64,000 bases of DNA, from NCBI GenBank assembly GCA_964566135.1, contig CAZMHM010000002.1:66309-130308 (forward strand), read 5' to 3'. A program made the translations under genes and the position numbers. The notes under the pieces are model-generated. The model ran no database searches and was not told the origin of the DNA. It saw nothing but the letters and a program-made list of their open reading frames with translations. Below, in pieces: positions 9,362 through 19,190 of the stretch. The stretch's first letter is position 1, and every line of letters begins with the position of its first letter. This DNA is from an uncultured Candidatus Saccharibacteria bacterium. GTDB taxonomy: Bacteria; Patescibacteriota; Saccharimonadia; Saccharimonadales; CAIOMD01.

Positions 9362-9970
9362 CTAGCCGTGACGTTCTTTTACTTCGTCGTCAAGGAACCA
9401 TTGGTTGGCAATACGAGTTGTATTGATATCTTTATTTTGCTCATCAAGCATCTTAATAATTTTTTTCACAAGCTGCTCTGGGTCTTCGTCAAAAATAACA
9501 AGCTTACGATGTGGCGGTTCAAGCTTCTCCATAAGTTCAGGGATAATATCAGCAGTGCCACCACTACCAATGAGAAAGCCGCACGGCATATTGCTTTCGA
9601 GTGCGGTAGTAAATTCGTGCAAGCTACCAAATCGACCACCAACAGTGATGACTGCATCACTTGATTGCACGAGATATACGTCTCGGCCAACATAATGAAG
9701 ACCGGTAAAATTAATGTAATCAAACATACCAATAGGCAGGCGGTATTTATGAATGTGTTCTCGCAGGCTACTTGCTGGTGAAAATCCAATACTCATACCA
9801 CCTGCGTTATGCGCAGCACGTGCCGCATAAAACGGCAAACCAACAGTGGCGCCCGTTGTAAGCACGTGACCAGAATTTGCAACTGCAACACCAAGCCGTT
9901 CGGCTAGCGCCCGCGACTTTTCGACTGTCTCACCACTTGCTGCACCAGAAACACAAATAGAATAATTCAC
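9362..9970 (-). CDS. LOG-family / TIGR00725-type Rossmann-fold nucleotide-binding protein
   Basis: VLTTGATVGLPFYAARAAHNAGGMSIGFSP and GGRFGSLHEF motifs resemble TIGR00725/LOG. Confidence 0.7.
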   Translation of the reverse strand: MNYSICVSGAASGETVEKSRALAERLGVAVANSGHVLTTGATVGLPFYAARAAHNAGGMSIGFSPASSLREHIHKYRLPIGMFDYINFTGLHYVGRDVYLVQSSDAVITVGGRFGSLHEFTTALESNMPCGFLIGSGGTADIIPELMEKLEPPHRKLVIFDEDPEQLVKKIIKMLDEQNKDINTTRIANQWFLDDEVKERHG

Positions 9971-11229
9971 TAAAAGCCCCGACCCTTTAGGCTTGAATGA
10001 ATATCTTCGGGTGCAATCAGGTTGTTATCAAGTTGCTTAAGCACTTGTTGTTCGAGCACCTTTTCACCCATGTATCGCTCAAAAAGTTCGTTCCATAAGC
10101 TTTCCCTAAAATGATAGACAGCTCGTTCATTATACGGAGTGTTATTGCTATAGCTCACTGCGATGTCCATAAGATTAAATGTAACGGGGCGATTTTGGTG
10201 CATAACGCCTACATAATCAAGATCTCGCCACCAGCCAAGTTCTGGGTCAATATCATATAAAATACTCTCTGCCTTACGCCAATGCAGGTCTTCGGGCTGA
10301 ACGTGTGGTTCAAACATCTCAGGATGATATTCGTTTTCGAGCTTACCGAAATATCGTTGAATGACGCGCCAGTGTACTTGTTGGCCTGCCATAACTGCCG
10401 CTTCACCCGGATCGGCAATAAGTGTATCAACGACAATCTTCGCAAAATCAGGCTTAACTTGCTGCAACTTAAAGAAAGCACTATACAATCGAATTTCATT
10501 AATATAGTGGAATAAGAGTGGCATAACGGTCATCGTGATGCCGGGCATTTTATCTATAGCAACTGGTAACATTAAAATCACACCAAGCTCTTTTAAGTGC
10601 GTTATGTTATGGCGTTTTTTGTGTACAAATTCAGCCGATATATCACCCCATCTTTCAGCAGGCATCTCTACTATTTCTATCTGCCGCTCCTCGAAGTCGC
10701 TTGGCTTCATACTGTCATAATGGCTATCAAATTCATTAAGCCACTCGGGGCCTTCAGCAAAGCGTAACGCGCCGTAAATTTCGAAAATATTTTCATTTTT
10801 CAACATGCTATCAATGCTCTTATAGCCAAGGCGCTTCATGATGTTTGGTGGTGGCGTTCGCTTTAAGAATTCTTTTGCGACAGATTTTTTTAACACCCAG
10901 CAACTGCGAGGAATTTTTACATCCTCGGCAGCTTTTTTCATAAGAGGCATCAGCGTTGCGACGTCTTCAGCATCCTTACCACCAATAGCACGAGCCAAGT
11001 GTTGGTCATTCCTTTTTAAATGCGCCAGCAGTGCATGATACAGCTCTTTACCGGTTGTATCCTTAGGATCCAGCCCGAGTTCGCGGGTTTTAAGTTGTAC
11101 TAGACCAATAATTTCAGCCGTAAGGCGGACATCGACACCAGGTTTACCACTCGCTTGTTCAAGCTGTTTTACTGCGATGCTGAACATAGGTTCAGTAGCG
11201 CCCAATAGTTCTGATATAAGTCGTGACAT
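9970..11229 (-). CDS. hypothetical protein (419 aa), translationally coupled to LOG-like gene
   Basis: Long ORF, coding-like composition, no family recognised by eye; 1-nt stop/start overlap with downstream gene. Confidence 0.7.
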   Translation of the reverse strand: MSRLISELLGATEPMFSIAVKQLEQASGKPGVDVRLTAEIIGLVQLKTRELGLDPKDTTGKELYHALLAHLKRNDQHLARAIGGKDAEDVATLMPLMKKAAEDVKIPRSCWVLKKSVAKEFLKRTPPPNIMKRLGYKSIDSMLKNENIFEIYGALRFAEGPEWLNEFDSHYDSMKPSDFEERQIEIVEMPAERWGDISAEFVHKKRHNITHLKELGVILMLPVAIDKMPGITMTVMPLLFHYINEIRLYSAFFKLQQVKPDFAKIVVDTLIADPGEAAVMAGQQVHWRVIQRYFGKLENEYHPEMFEPHVQPEDLHWRKAESILYDIDPELGWWRDLDYVGVMHQNRPVTFNLMDIAVSYSNNTPYNERAVYHFRESLWNELFERYMGEKVLEQQVLKQLDNNLIAPEDIHSSLKGRGF

Positions 11230-11269
11230 ATCTAGTATTTTCTCTTTACCCTATCTTACCATAAGCATT

Positions 11270-12268
11270 TTATAGTTCGACTACTTTTAGCGGCATTTCG
11301 TGGATTTTGGCTTCGCGATTTAGAATACCTGCTTTGGCACCAATCGTCGTCACAACATTGGTTGAGTTTGCACTTGCAAATGTGACTGCATGCTCAAGGC
11401 TCTCATCAGCTGCAATCATTGCTGTAAAACCGCTACTAAATGCATCACCCGCACCAGTGCGATCAATAACCGGCACATCTTCGTACATGCCAGCGGTTAC
11501 TAAATGCCAACGATCGGCCGCAGCCGCACCATTTGGCCCATCAGTCACGATGACATAATGCACATCTTTATTAGCCGCTTTGACAAGGTCCTCTATAGTC
11601 TTACCGTCATACAGTTCGGACATTTCCTCTTTATTCATAGAAAGAATTGTAAGCTGTGGAATTAACTTCTTAAGCTTGTCCTTAGCTTCTAGCTCTTTTT
11701 TACCAGGATTCATAGCAATTTTAATATTATGGTGCTTTGCATATTCAAAGACATTCTCGAGCACCTCAAAATTACCTTCCATTGACGTAATAAATATCCA
11801 GTCGACATCTACATCATGAAAATCTGCCTGGTGGATTTCATAATGCGAGCTAGCACCTCGATATGACATAATTGTTCGTTCACCGTTTGGTGCCAGTAAT
11901 ACGCACGAATAGCCACTTCCGAAATCCTTAGAATACCCAACTAGGCTGGTGTCTACACCTTCTTTGTGTAAATCATCTAAAATTGCCTTGCCTGCAACAT
12001 CATGGCCAATCTTGCCCATATACATGGCGTGTAGTCCTTGGCGTGCGAACGTAACACTCGCATTCGTAGCACCACCACCAGTGCTAAAGACAACACCCTC
12101 GAGTTCGTTCTTTGACCCAAGCTCAAATTCCTCTACCAGCTCTTTATGTTCTTTGCGCGGTGTAAACAGCTTACCCTGCAAATATACGTCTTGTACTGCA
12201 GCGCCAATTGATAATACCTTTGTTTCGTGCCTATGTTTTTGTTGACTCATATAGGGGTAGTATACCAC
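11270..12268 (-). CDS. PfkB-family carbohydrate/nucleoside kinase
   Basis: C-terminal DRTGAGDAFSSGF PfkB signature; ribokinase-like fold. Confidence 0.85.
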   Translation of the reverse strand: MVYYPYMSQQKHRHETKVLSIGAAVQDVYLQGKLFTPRKEHKELVEEFELGSKNELEGVVFSTGGGATNASVTFARQGLHAMYMGKIGHDVAGKAILDDLHKEGVDTSLVGYSKDFGSGYSCVLLAPNGERTIMSYRGASSHYEIHQADFHDVDVDWIFITSMEGNFEVLENVFEYAKHHNIKIAMNPGKKELEAKDKLKKLIPQLTILSMNKEEMSELYDGKTIEDLVKAANKDVHYVIVTDGPNGAAAADRWHLVTAGMYEDVPVIDRTGAGDAFSSGFTAMIAADESLEHAVTFASANSTNVVTTIGAKAGILNREAKIHEMPLKVVEL

Positions 12269-12405
12269 TTATGCTTTGTAGAGGGCAGTCATTGACCATT
12301 CACTCATTATGTTGTATAATTTACGTTTGTATGATAAATCCTAATGCTCGAAACGAAGCGCGAACGATACGGCACACAGCCTGCGAATTAGGTGGGTTTT
12401 CAGTC

Positions 12406-13194
12406 ATGCAGTCAGAATCGGGCGATGGCCTAGTAACCTACAACCGCTTTCGTCCAGAATATTATGGCTTGCTATCGCACATTGTCATTGATAGCGCAGA
12501 AAAGACGATTACCTCGGCAGAGTCGCTACCTCCGTATGGAATGACGTTTTATAATGGAAAGCCTGTCTCCTACCTGAATAGCTGGGAGGATTTTCAGCTT
12601 GGTGCATACAATACCTTGCGATACAACGCGGATAGACTTTACTTCCATGCGCCAGAACCATCGCCAGTTGTTACGCGGCTACAAACCGTCATGCACGCAA
12701 TGGCAGCAATAGAGCCAAATTCGTACAAAGATCCCGAAGATGCCATTCGTGACGGCATATTAACTGCCGTATCTTCTATGTGGCAGATTATGATTCCGAT
12801 GGCTTCATATCTCAAAACCGCATATCCCTCCATGACGCAAGGCGAGCGAATACAGGTAATAACCAGTAGCCCGAATACTTACATGCAGCTTTCATTTGCA
12901 AATATCTTTCAGCTTGATGCGATTGGCAAGGTATCTGGTGCATTTTGTAGCCAAGACTTTCAACTTACAAACGGTAGCCTGCAGCTTCGTTGCGGAAAGT
13001 TGGCTGACTTCCCCGTCGAGTCCCATGCTGCGCTACGTATTGGCGTCACTGATGGGACCGCAGAACACGCGACGCTATCTGATATTACATTTCCCTATGC
13101 ACACCTAGGATGCCCAATCACACTCAAACCAAAAACCGTTACCGGATTATGGCAGTGGGGCTCACACGCAGCAGCTACGGCTGAGCTGCTTTAG
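12406..13194 (+). CDS. hypothetical protein
   Basis: ORF in frame 12208..13194; best start ATG 12406 with AGGTGGG SD 11 nt upstream (alternative ATG 12331). Confidence 0.5.
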   Translation: MQSESGDGLVTYNRFRPEYYGLLSHIVIDSAEKTITSAESLPPYGMTFYNGKPVSYLNSWEDFQLGAYNTLRYNADRLYFHAPEPSPVVTRLQTVMHAMAAIEPNSYKDPEDAIRDGILTAVSSMWQIMIPMASYLKTAYPSMTQGERIQVITSSPNTYMQLSFANIFQLDAIGKVSGAFCSQDFQLTNGSLQLRCGKLADFPVESHAALRIGVTDGTAEHATLSDITFPYAHLGCPITLKPKTVTGLWQWGSHAAATAELL

Positions 13195-14114
13195 ACGAGA
13201 GCTTTTCCAATAGAATTGTAACTTTGCAGTTTACTTTCTACTACTGCCTGGACGGCACCGTAGACTTCTGGCATTAACTTTACAACTGCATACTCGTCGG
13301 GGTTATCACGAAGAACCTTTTCGAGCGTGTCTCGAAACGCTTTACGCATATCGCTATTAACATTAATTTTGGTTACACCAATGCGGACAGCTTCCTCGAA
13401 GAAGTGTCCTGGTGTTCCACTACCACCATGCAAACTGATATTACAGGTAATCTCTTTGCGAATCCGTTCTAATAAGTCTAGGTCAAGTGCTTTTGGTACC
13501 GGGTAGCTACCGTGTAAATTACCAACTGCAGCCGCAAATGTATCGATACCTGTAGCATCCACAAACTGCTTTGCACCCTTTGGCGTGCTAAAGGTCTTTT
13601 TGATATCTTCGTAATCAAATGCTTCTTTATGGACATTTGAGGAACCACCAAAATAATGTGGCTCGCTTTCAACAAGCGCACCGGTAAACTTTGCATACTC
13701 GACAACTTCTTTGGTTGCGTTTACAATCTCGTCATCAGTCGCATCATGGTTTGCTTGGCTAACATCAATATGAATAAATTCAAACCCTGCCTCGATACCT
13801 CGTTTTGCGTCTTCGACAGATGGGCTATGGTCAAGATTAATATACATCTCGATACCAAACTCACGTTTATAGTTATCGACGAGATCACGTACGTTATCAA
13901 GACCCATAGCCTTAACTTCACCATCACTTACTTCAACCATCACCGGCGCTTGTGTCTTTTGGGCGGCCTTAGCGATTGCGATTAGTGTTTCTTGGTTATC
14001 GATATTAAATGCACCAATAGCGTAGTGTTCGCTACGTGCACGGGTTATTGATTCTCGTGCCTTAGCACAGTTTTCTCTTATTTCTCTTACAGATAATGCC
14101 ATATTTTTTAGCAT
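13191..14114 (-). CDS. fba: class II fructose-bisphosphate aldolase
   Basis: AIGAFNIDNQE, HIDVS..., HGGSGT motifs. Confidence 0.9.
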   Translation of the reverse strand: MLKNMALSVREIRENCAKARESITRARSEHYAIGAFNIDNQETLIAIAKAAQKTQAPVMVEVSDGEVKAMGLDNVRDLVDNYKREFGIEMYINLDHSPSVEDAKRGIEAGFEFIHIDVSQANHDATDDEIVNATKEVVEYAKFTGALVESEPHYFGGSSNVHKEAFDYEDIKKTFSTPKGAKQFVDATGIDTFAAAVGNLHGSYPVPKALDLDLLERIRKEITCNISLHGGSGTPGHFFEEAVRIGVTKINVNSDMRKAFRDTLEKVLRDNPDEYAVVKLMPEVYGAVQAVVESKLQSYNSIGKALV

Positions 14115-14135
14115 AACCTTTTAAAATTACTATGT

Positions 14136-15008
14136 CTAGCTAAGTACAAAGGCTAAACCAACTATCGATACACTCAGCGCAAGAATACGCATCGGGATAT
14201 TATTTCGCTCCTTCAGGAAAACGGCAGCCAACACAACGGTTAGCGTAGCTTTGGCACTCGTTGCCATCATTGTTGAGCTCAATGTACCCTTACTTAAGGC
14301 ATAGATAAATAAGCCGCCGGCTATTGCAGTAAGTAAGCCGATAAACAGGCTGTTTTTTATGAGCCCTTTGGGGACCTTTTTTAGCTCGTCTCTACCAAGT
14401 AGCGCGAATAGTATTGCTGCGCCAACGAATTGCATACCCCAACCGTATGCCGAATAGCTCCACACACCTAGTGCTGTAATCGCCTGTTTCTCGCAAAGCA
14501 ACCCAACTGCAATTGCAAGCGCCGACCCTAGAACGAGGCTAACTTTAAGAATTAAGCTAGCAGAGTTTTTATGCTTTTCGTCCGGCTGAATACGTAACGC
14601 GAGATACATACCTGCCAGCAGAAAAACACACCCTATAATAAACGGGATTGATACAGTCTCGTTCAAAAAAATAACGCCAAAAATTGCCGTAATCACAAAA
14701 CTAGCAAGCCCAGCAATAACGCCGTTTGATGCGCCAACTATTGATATCAACTTATAGCCCAAGAGCCACGACAAGGGGATAAAAATACCAACGCCCAACA
14801 AATATATATAACTGCTAGAGGTTGGTAAGGACGGTAGGCCGTGGCTTGAAATAATCGCGAGCCCTGTCCCTATGAGCGCAATGACTGCATAATTACAAAA
14901 TGCTACAATATAGAATGCATTCTTGTAATTAAGCGTCAGTCTGCGAGCCCATAATGTCATTAGCGAACTTGCAATAACTTGCAGAACAATCGTGACTTGC
15001 CAGGTCAT
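14136..15008 (-). CDS. DMT/EamA-family transporter
   Basis: ~10 predicted TM helices, duplicated EamA-like halves. Confidence 0.7.
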   Translation of the reverse strand: MTWQVTIVLQVIASSLMTLWARRLTLNYKNAFYIVAFCNYAVIALIGTGLAIISSHGLPSLPTSSSYIYLLGVGIFIPLSWLLGYKLISIVGASNGVIAGLASFVITAIFGVIFLNETVSIPFIIGCVFLLAGMYLALRIQPDEKHKNSASLILKVSLVLGSALAIAVGLLCEKQAITALGVWSYSAYGWGMQFVGAAILFALLGRDELKKVPKGLIKNSLFIGLLTAIAGGLFIYALSKGTLSSTMMATSAKATLTVVLAAVFLKERNNIPMRILALSVSIVGLAFVLS

Positions 15009-15010
15009 AG

Positions 15011-15994
15011 TTACTGTTTGCCAAGAGATGTTAGCAATTGGTGCGCTTGCATCGCAATGTGTTTGGGCGTCAATCCAAACGCTTCAAACAATTCAACTGG
15101 CTTACCACTCTCGCCGTATCGATCTTTCATGCCCATCCGCACTAATTTGGTTGGTTGTTGCTCGCTTAGTAACTCTGCAACGGCACCGCCAAGGCCACCA
15201 GCAATCTGTGCTTCTTCAACAGTAATAACAGCGCCCGTTTTTGCTGCACTTTGTAAAATCGTAACCGCATCAAGTGGCTTAATGGTAGGAACATGCACAA
15301 CCTCGGCATCAATCCCATCTTTAAATAGTAGCTGCGCGGCAACTAAGGCCTTATGAGTCATAGTACCAGTTGCGATAATCGTTACGTCCTGACCTGGTTC
15401 GAGTACATATGCCTTACCGATTTCGAATGGTGTCTTTTCTGTCGTGAATACCGGTGTAGCTTCTCGTGCTAAACGCATATAGTTTGGACGAGAATCTTTT
15501 GCCATAGCCAGTGTAGCCTTTTCGGCCTCAACTGCATCCCCTGGGGCAATAACAACCATATTCGGCATCACGCGCATTAGGGCAATATCCTCAAGCATCT
15601 GGTGCGTTGCGCCGTCGGCGCCTGTATACAAACCTGCATGGGAGCCAATAATTTTTACTGGTAAATCGTTGAGTGCAATCGTGGTTTTAATCTGCTCCCA
15701 GTTACGGCCTGGGCTAAACGCTGCATAGCTACTCACAAATGGAATCTTGCCCATAGCCGCTAAGCCCGAACCAACGGTCACCAGGTTCTGTTCGGCAATT
15801 CCGATTTCAAAAAATCTATCCGGAAATGCCTCGCGAAAAATATGCATCTGCACACTTTCGGTTAAATCCGCACAGGCTGCAACGATATTTTCGTCGAGCT
15901 CACCAGCCTTTTTCAAGCCTTCGCCAAATCCTTTACGCGTGGGTACTAACGCAACATCATCAGCTAAATAATCAGTTAGGTGCATATTACTCAT
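15011..15994 (-). CDS. transketolase, C-terminal subunit
   Basis: FEIGIAEQNLVTVGSGLA pyrimidine-binding domain; split tkt. Confidence 0.9.
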   Translation of the reverse strand: MSNMHLTDYLADDVALVPTRKGFGEGLKKAGELDENIVAACADLTESVQMHIFREAFPDRFFEIGIAEQNLVTVGSGLAAMGKIPFVSSYAAFSPGRNWEQIKTTIALNDLPVKIIGSHAGLYTGADGATHQMLEDIALMRVMPNMVVIAPGDAVEAEKATLAMAKDSRPNYMRLAREATPVFTTEKTPFEIGKAYVLEPGQDVTIIATGTMTHKALVAAQLLFKDGIDAEVVHVPTIKPLDAVTILQSAAKTGAVITVEEAQIAGGLGGAVAELLSEQQPTKLVRMGMKDRYGESGKPVELFEAFGLTPKHIAMQAHQLLTSLGKQ

Positions 15995-16844
15995 GTTCGC
16001 TCCTGATCTTACCGCCTAATGTTCGTAGTTCTTTTAGGGCAATCATGGCTTGTTCATGATTCGGTGGCATACCATGCCAGTGAAAATCGTATTCCATAAA
16101 ATCGACGCCTTTGCCTGGTATGGTATGAGCAATGATCATGACTGGCTTTTCTACGATCGCACGAGCCATAGCACATGCATCAATTACAGCCTCGATATTA
16201 TTCCCATCAACTTCGATTACATGCCATCCAAATGATTCCCATTTACCTTTTAGATCTTCGAGCGGTACAACACTCTCCGTTGGCCCATCGATTTGAATAT
16301 TGTTTCTGTCGATGATGCCAATAATATTGTGTAAGCCATGTTTTGGTGCAAGCATGGCTGCTTCCCAAATATTGCCTTCATCGAGCTCACCATCACCCAT
16401 GACAACGTATATCCAGCGATGATTTTGCTTATTCAGCCTTAGGCCAAGCCCCATACCGATTGCTTGGCTTAAACCACTACCCAGTGGACCACTAGTATTT
16501 TCGACTCCAGGTAATTTCGTACGTTCTGGGTGACCTTGTAATCGTGAGCCAAACTGACGCAAGGTAAGCAGTTCTTTTTTATTAAAGTAGCCCGATTCTG
16601 CCATTGCTGCATATCGGACAGGGGCGCAGTGCCCATTACTTAGTAGCAAGATGTCACGCTCTTCCCAATCTGGATTCTTTGGGTCATGGCGCAGTACATC
16701 AAAATAAAGTGCAGTAAAAATATCAGCCAAACCCAACGGACCTGCCGAATGGCCACTACCAGCATGCTCTAACATACTAATGATGTCTTTTCTGATTGTG
16801 TTAGCAATTTGCTCTAGTTCGATTTCGGAATATTTTTTAGACAT
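15987..16844 (-). CDS. transketolase, N-terminal (TPP-binding) subunit
   Basis: GHSAGPLGLADIFTALY, GDGELDEGNIWEA TPP-binding motifs. Confidence 0.9.
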   Translation of the reverse strand: MSKKYSEIELEQIANTIRKDIISMLEHAGSGHSAGPLGLADIFTALYFDVLRHDPKNPDWEERDILLLSNGHCAPVRYAAMAESGYFNKKELLTLRQFGSRLQGHPERTKLPGVENTSGPLGSGLSQAIGMGLGLRLNKQNHRWIYVVMGDGELDEGNIWEAAMLAPKHGLHNIIGIIDRNNIQIDGPTESVVPLEDLKGKWESFGWHVIEVDGNNIEAVIDACAMARAIVEKPVMIIAHTIPGKGVDFMEYDFHWHGMPPNHEQAMIALKELRTLGGKIRSEHE

Positions 16845-17481
16845 GGTTAGCTGAACCTGCTTTTGCTTTCATTGTAGCATAAGCAGCTTTAGGATTGTCA
16901 GCTTTATGAATACCGCCACCAACGTTAACAACGTTTATGCCTGCAGCTAGTAGCGCATCTAGATTTTCTAGATTAGCACCACCATCCCAGCCAAATTCAA
17001 GCTGACGATGTATCTTTTGTAGTTGTTCAACTTTTGATAGTTGTGATACATCCGCTTGCCCGCCGTGGTAACCTAGATGACCGCCAAAAATTAACGCGTG
17101 CTGCGTATGCGGCAAAATATACCGAACATCTTCGGCAGTCGTTTCGGGCAATAAGGCTACACCTGTCTTAATGTTATGGCTTCGCAGCGTGCTTGCGAGC
17201 AAAGGAATGTCAGCGTTGCTTTCGGCGTGAACAATTATGAGACTTGGCTTAAACGAAATAAGCCGCTCGAGAATTGTCTCGGGGTTTCGATACATAACAT
17301 GAATATCAACCTCAACCCCTTCTGGCACCCATAATTGATCAGGATTTGGAGTAGTTGTTGGCGCAAAATCTCCGTCCATTAAATCAATATGGATTCTATC
17401 TGCAAAGCCCGAAACAAGTTCGAGTTGTTCTCGATAAGTGTGTACGTCAAACGCTGTAACCGTAGGGCAAATACAATGCAT
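16837..17481 (-). CDS. rpe: ribulose-phosphate 3-epimerase
   Basis: HIDLMDGDFAP... and IHVM motifs of RPE TIM barrel. Confidence 0.85.
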   Translation of the reverse strand: MHCICPTVTAFDVHTYREQLELVSGFADRIHIDLMDGDFAPTTTPNPDQLWVPEGVEVDIHVMYRNPETILERLISFKPSLIIVHAESNADIPLLASTLRSHNIKTGVALLPETTAEDVRYILPHTQHALIFGGHLGYHGGQADVSQLSKVEQLQKIHRQLEFGWDGGANLENLDALLAAGINVVNVGGGIHKADNPKAAYATMKAKAGSANHV

Positions 17482-17495
17482 GTGCTAACTATACC

Positions 17496-18704
17496 CTACC
17501 ATGTTGAACTGAGGCTAGCTGTTGCAGTTTGCCATGTCGCGCGGTTAAGAATATCATCACAGACGGCTTGGCTAGCTTTACGTGGAATATTACTCGATTG
17601 CTCAAAGCACCTACTCGCGTAGGTTACAGATATCGCTGGGCGCTTCGTAACTTTTGGACGTATTTGCGCTAAGCAATCATCCTGGAACAACTTGCAATCG
17701 GTAACCGACTGGTAAGCGGCAATGGTGGCTGCGTCATTAATCTCAAGTGTTAGACCGACACCAAGGCTTAAGATTGTATCTTTGCCTAACGATTGTTGGT
17801 CAAACATAAAATTGCCTGTCGAATACACAATCAACCTCCCCTTGTAGTTCTCACTATTCTGCACGACGTGGGGGTGCGCGCCAATAACCACATCGGCTCC
17901 GTTGTCTATCAATTGATGATAGACGGCAACTTTTGCTTCTTCGGCCGTTGGCCGATATTCTACCCCCATATGAGGCATGGCAACAACGGGCATCACAGTA
18001 CTATATTGTTTCATAACACTTAGCTGCGTCTGGGTTGTAGCTACATTACCAACATAATCATAGCCACACAGTGCAATTGGAACTGACGTCTTTTGGGTTG
18101 TCCCAGCACTATTTATTAATTGTGCAGGCATCGCAATTACCTCGCATATTTTGTCTAGATTTTGCATATTATAATCACCAAAATACTGCACTTTATTGGC
18201 TTCAAGATTCTTGCGCGTCTGTTCAATCCCCCATACGCCACCATTATTATCGGTATGATTGTTAGCAAGCGTTAAGACATCAAACCATTTTGCTGCTTCT
18301 GGCGCATATTCGGGCCTGCAGTTAAATAAAAGACTATCTACCTGCGTTTGATAGGGAATATCTTTTGCCGTGATTGGACATTCCATATCTCCAACCCAGG
18401 CATCAAAATCCTGCTTATCGGCAACCGTCAAACCACTAAAGGGAAAGGCGTAGCCAAGCGGGCTTTTTTTGGCATAATACTCGATTCCTCGACCCCAAAA
18501 AACCTCGCCTACAAATAACATACGGCTACGTACAGTTTGTTGAATAGATTGGGCTTGGTTTGGTTTTTGAGCAACTGCAATTGGAGCAGATTGTGGCTGT
18601 GGTGTAGATTTACGACTTACGAACCACCGCCATCCCAAAAATATATCTATTGCAATCACTGCAACAATAAGTAATAAAAGCACCACCCAACGCTTTTTTG
18701 TCAT
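17496..18704 (-). CDS. CapA/PgsA-family metallophosphoesterase, membrane-anchored
   Basis: N-terminal TM; LANNHTDNNG and GAHPHV CapA signatures. Confidence 0.75.
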   Translation of the reverse strand: MTKKRWVVLLLLIVAVIAIDIFLGWRWFVSRKSTPQPQSAPIAVAQKPNQAQSIQQTVRSRMLFVGEVFWGRGIEYYAKKSPLGYAFPFSGLTVADKQDFDAWVGDMECPITAKDIPYQTQVDSLLFNCRPEYAPEAAKWFDVLTLANNHTDNNGGVWGIEQTRKNLEANKVQYFGDYNMQNLDKICEVIAMPAQLINSAGTTQKTSVPIALCGYDYVGNVATTQTQLSVMKQYSTVMPVVAMPHMGVEYRPTAEEAKVAVYHQLIDNGADVVIGAHPHVVQNSENYKGRLIVYSTGNFMFDQQSLGKDTILSLGVGLTLEINDAATIAAYQSVTDCKLFQDDCLAQIRPKVTKRPAISVTYASRCFEQSSNIPRKASQAVCDDILNRATWQTATASLSSTW

Positions 18705-18731
18705 TATACAAATAATACCACTAATTAAAGA

Positions 18732-19181
18732 CTAAAGATTATCAAGCTCGTTTTTGCGGCGTATATACCGAGCTGCGCCGGCAAACGGCGTATTAAGCCA
18801 TGCCTCTAGCACCACAAACGCCTTTTGGCGACTATCTTTAAAAAGGTCAGCCGGAATTGCCAATACATTGCTATCTTCATCGTTACGAATGCCTTTTGCT
18901 GCATCAATACTCCAACCAAGCCCGGCTCGTATGCCCTTAATGCGATTTGCTGCCATAATCATGCCTTGTCCGCTACCACAAATTAAAACAGCACGCGGAT
19001 CAGGGTCGCGGCTTGAAAGAACATGCCGAGCCGCAGCAGAAGCAAAAACTGGAAAATCGTCTTCGGGATCAAATTCTTTATCGCCAATATCGACTGCGTC
19101 GTACCCGGCAGATTTAAGATACTTTAATACCTCGCCCTTCAGGCCGTAGCCTCTATGGTCAGCGCCAACAAATATTTTCAC
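18732..19181 (-). CDS. rpiB: ribose-5-phosphate isomerase B
   Basis: MKIFVGADHRGYGLK..., ICGSGQGMIMAANR RpiB/LacAB signature. Confidence 0.85.
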   Translation of the reverse strand: MKIFVGADHRGYGLKGEVLKYLKSAGYDAVDIGDKEFDPEDDFPVFASAAARHVLSSRDPDPRAVLICGSGQGMIMAANRIKGIRAGLGWSIDAAKGIRNDEDSNVLAIPADLFKDSRQKAFVVLEAWLNTPFAGAARYIRRKNELDNL

Positions 19182-19190
19182 GTTTACTCC

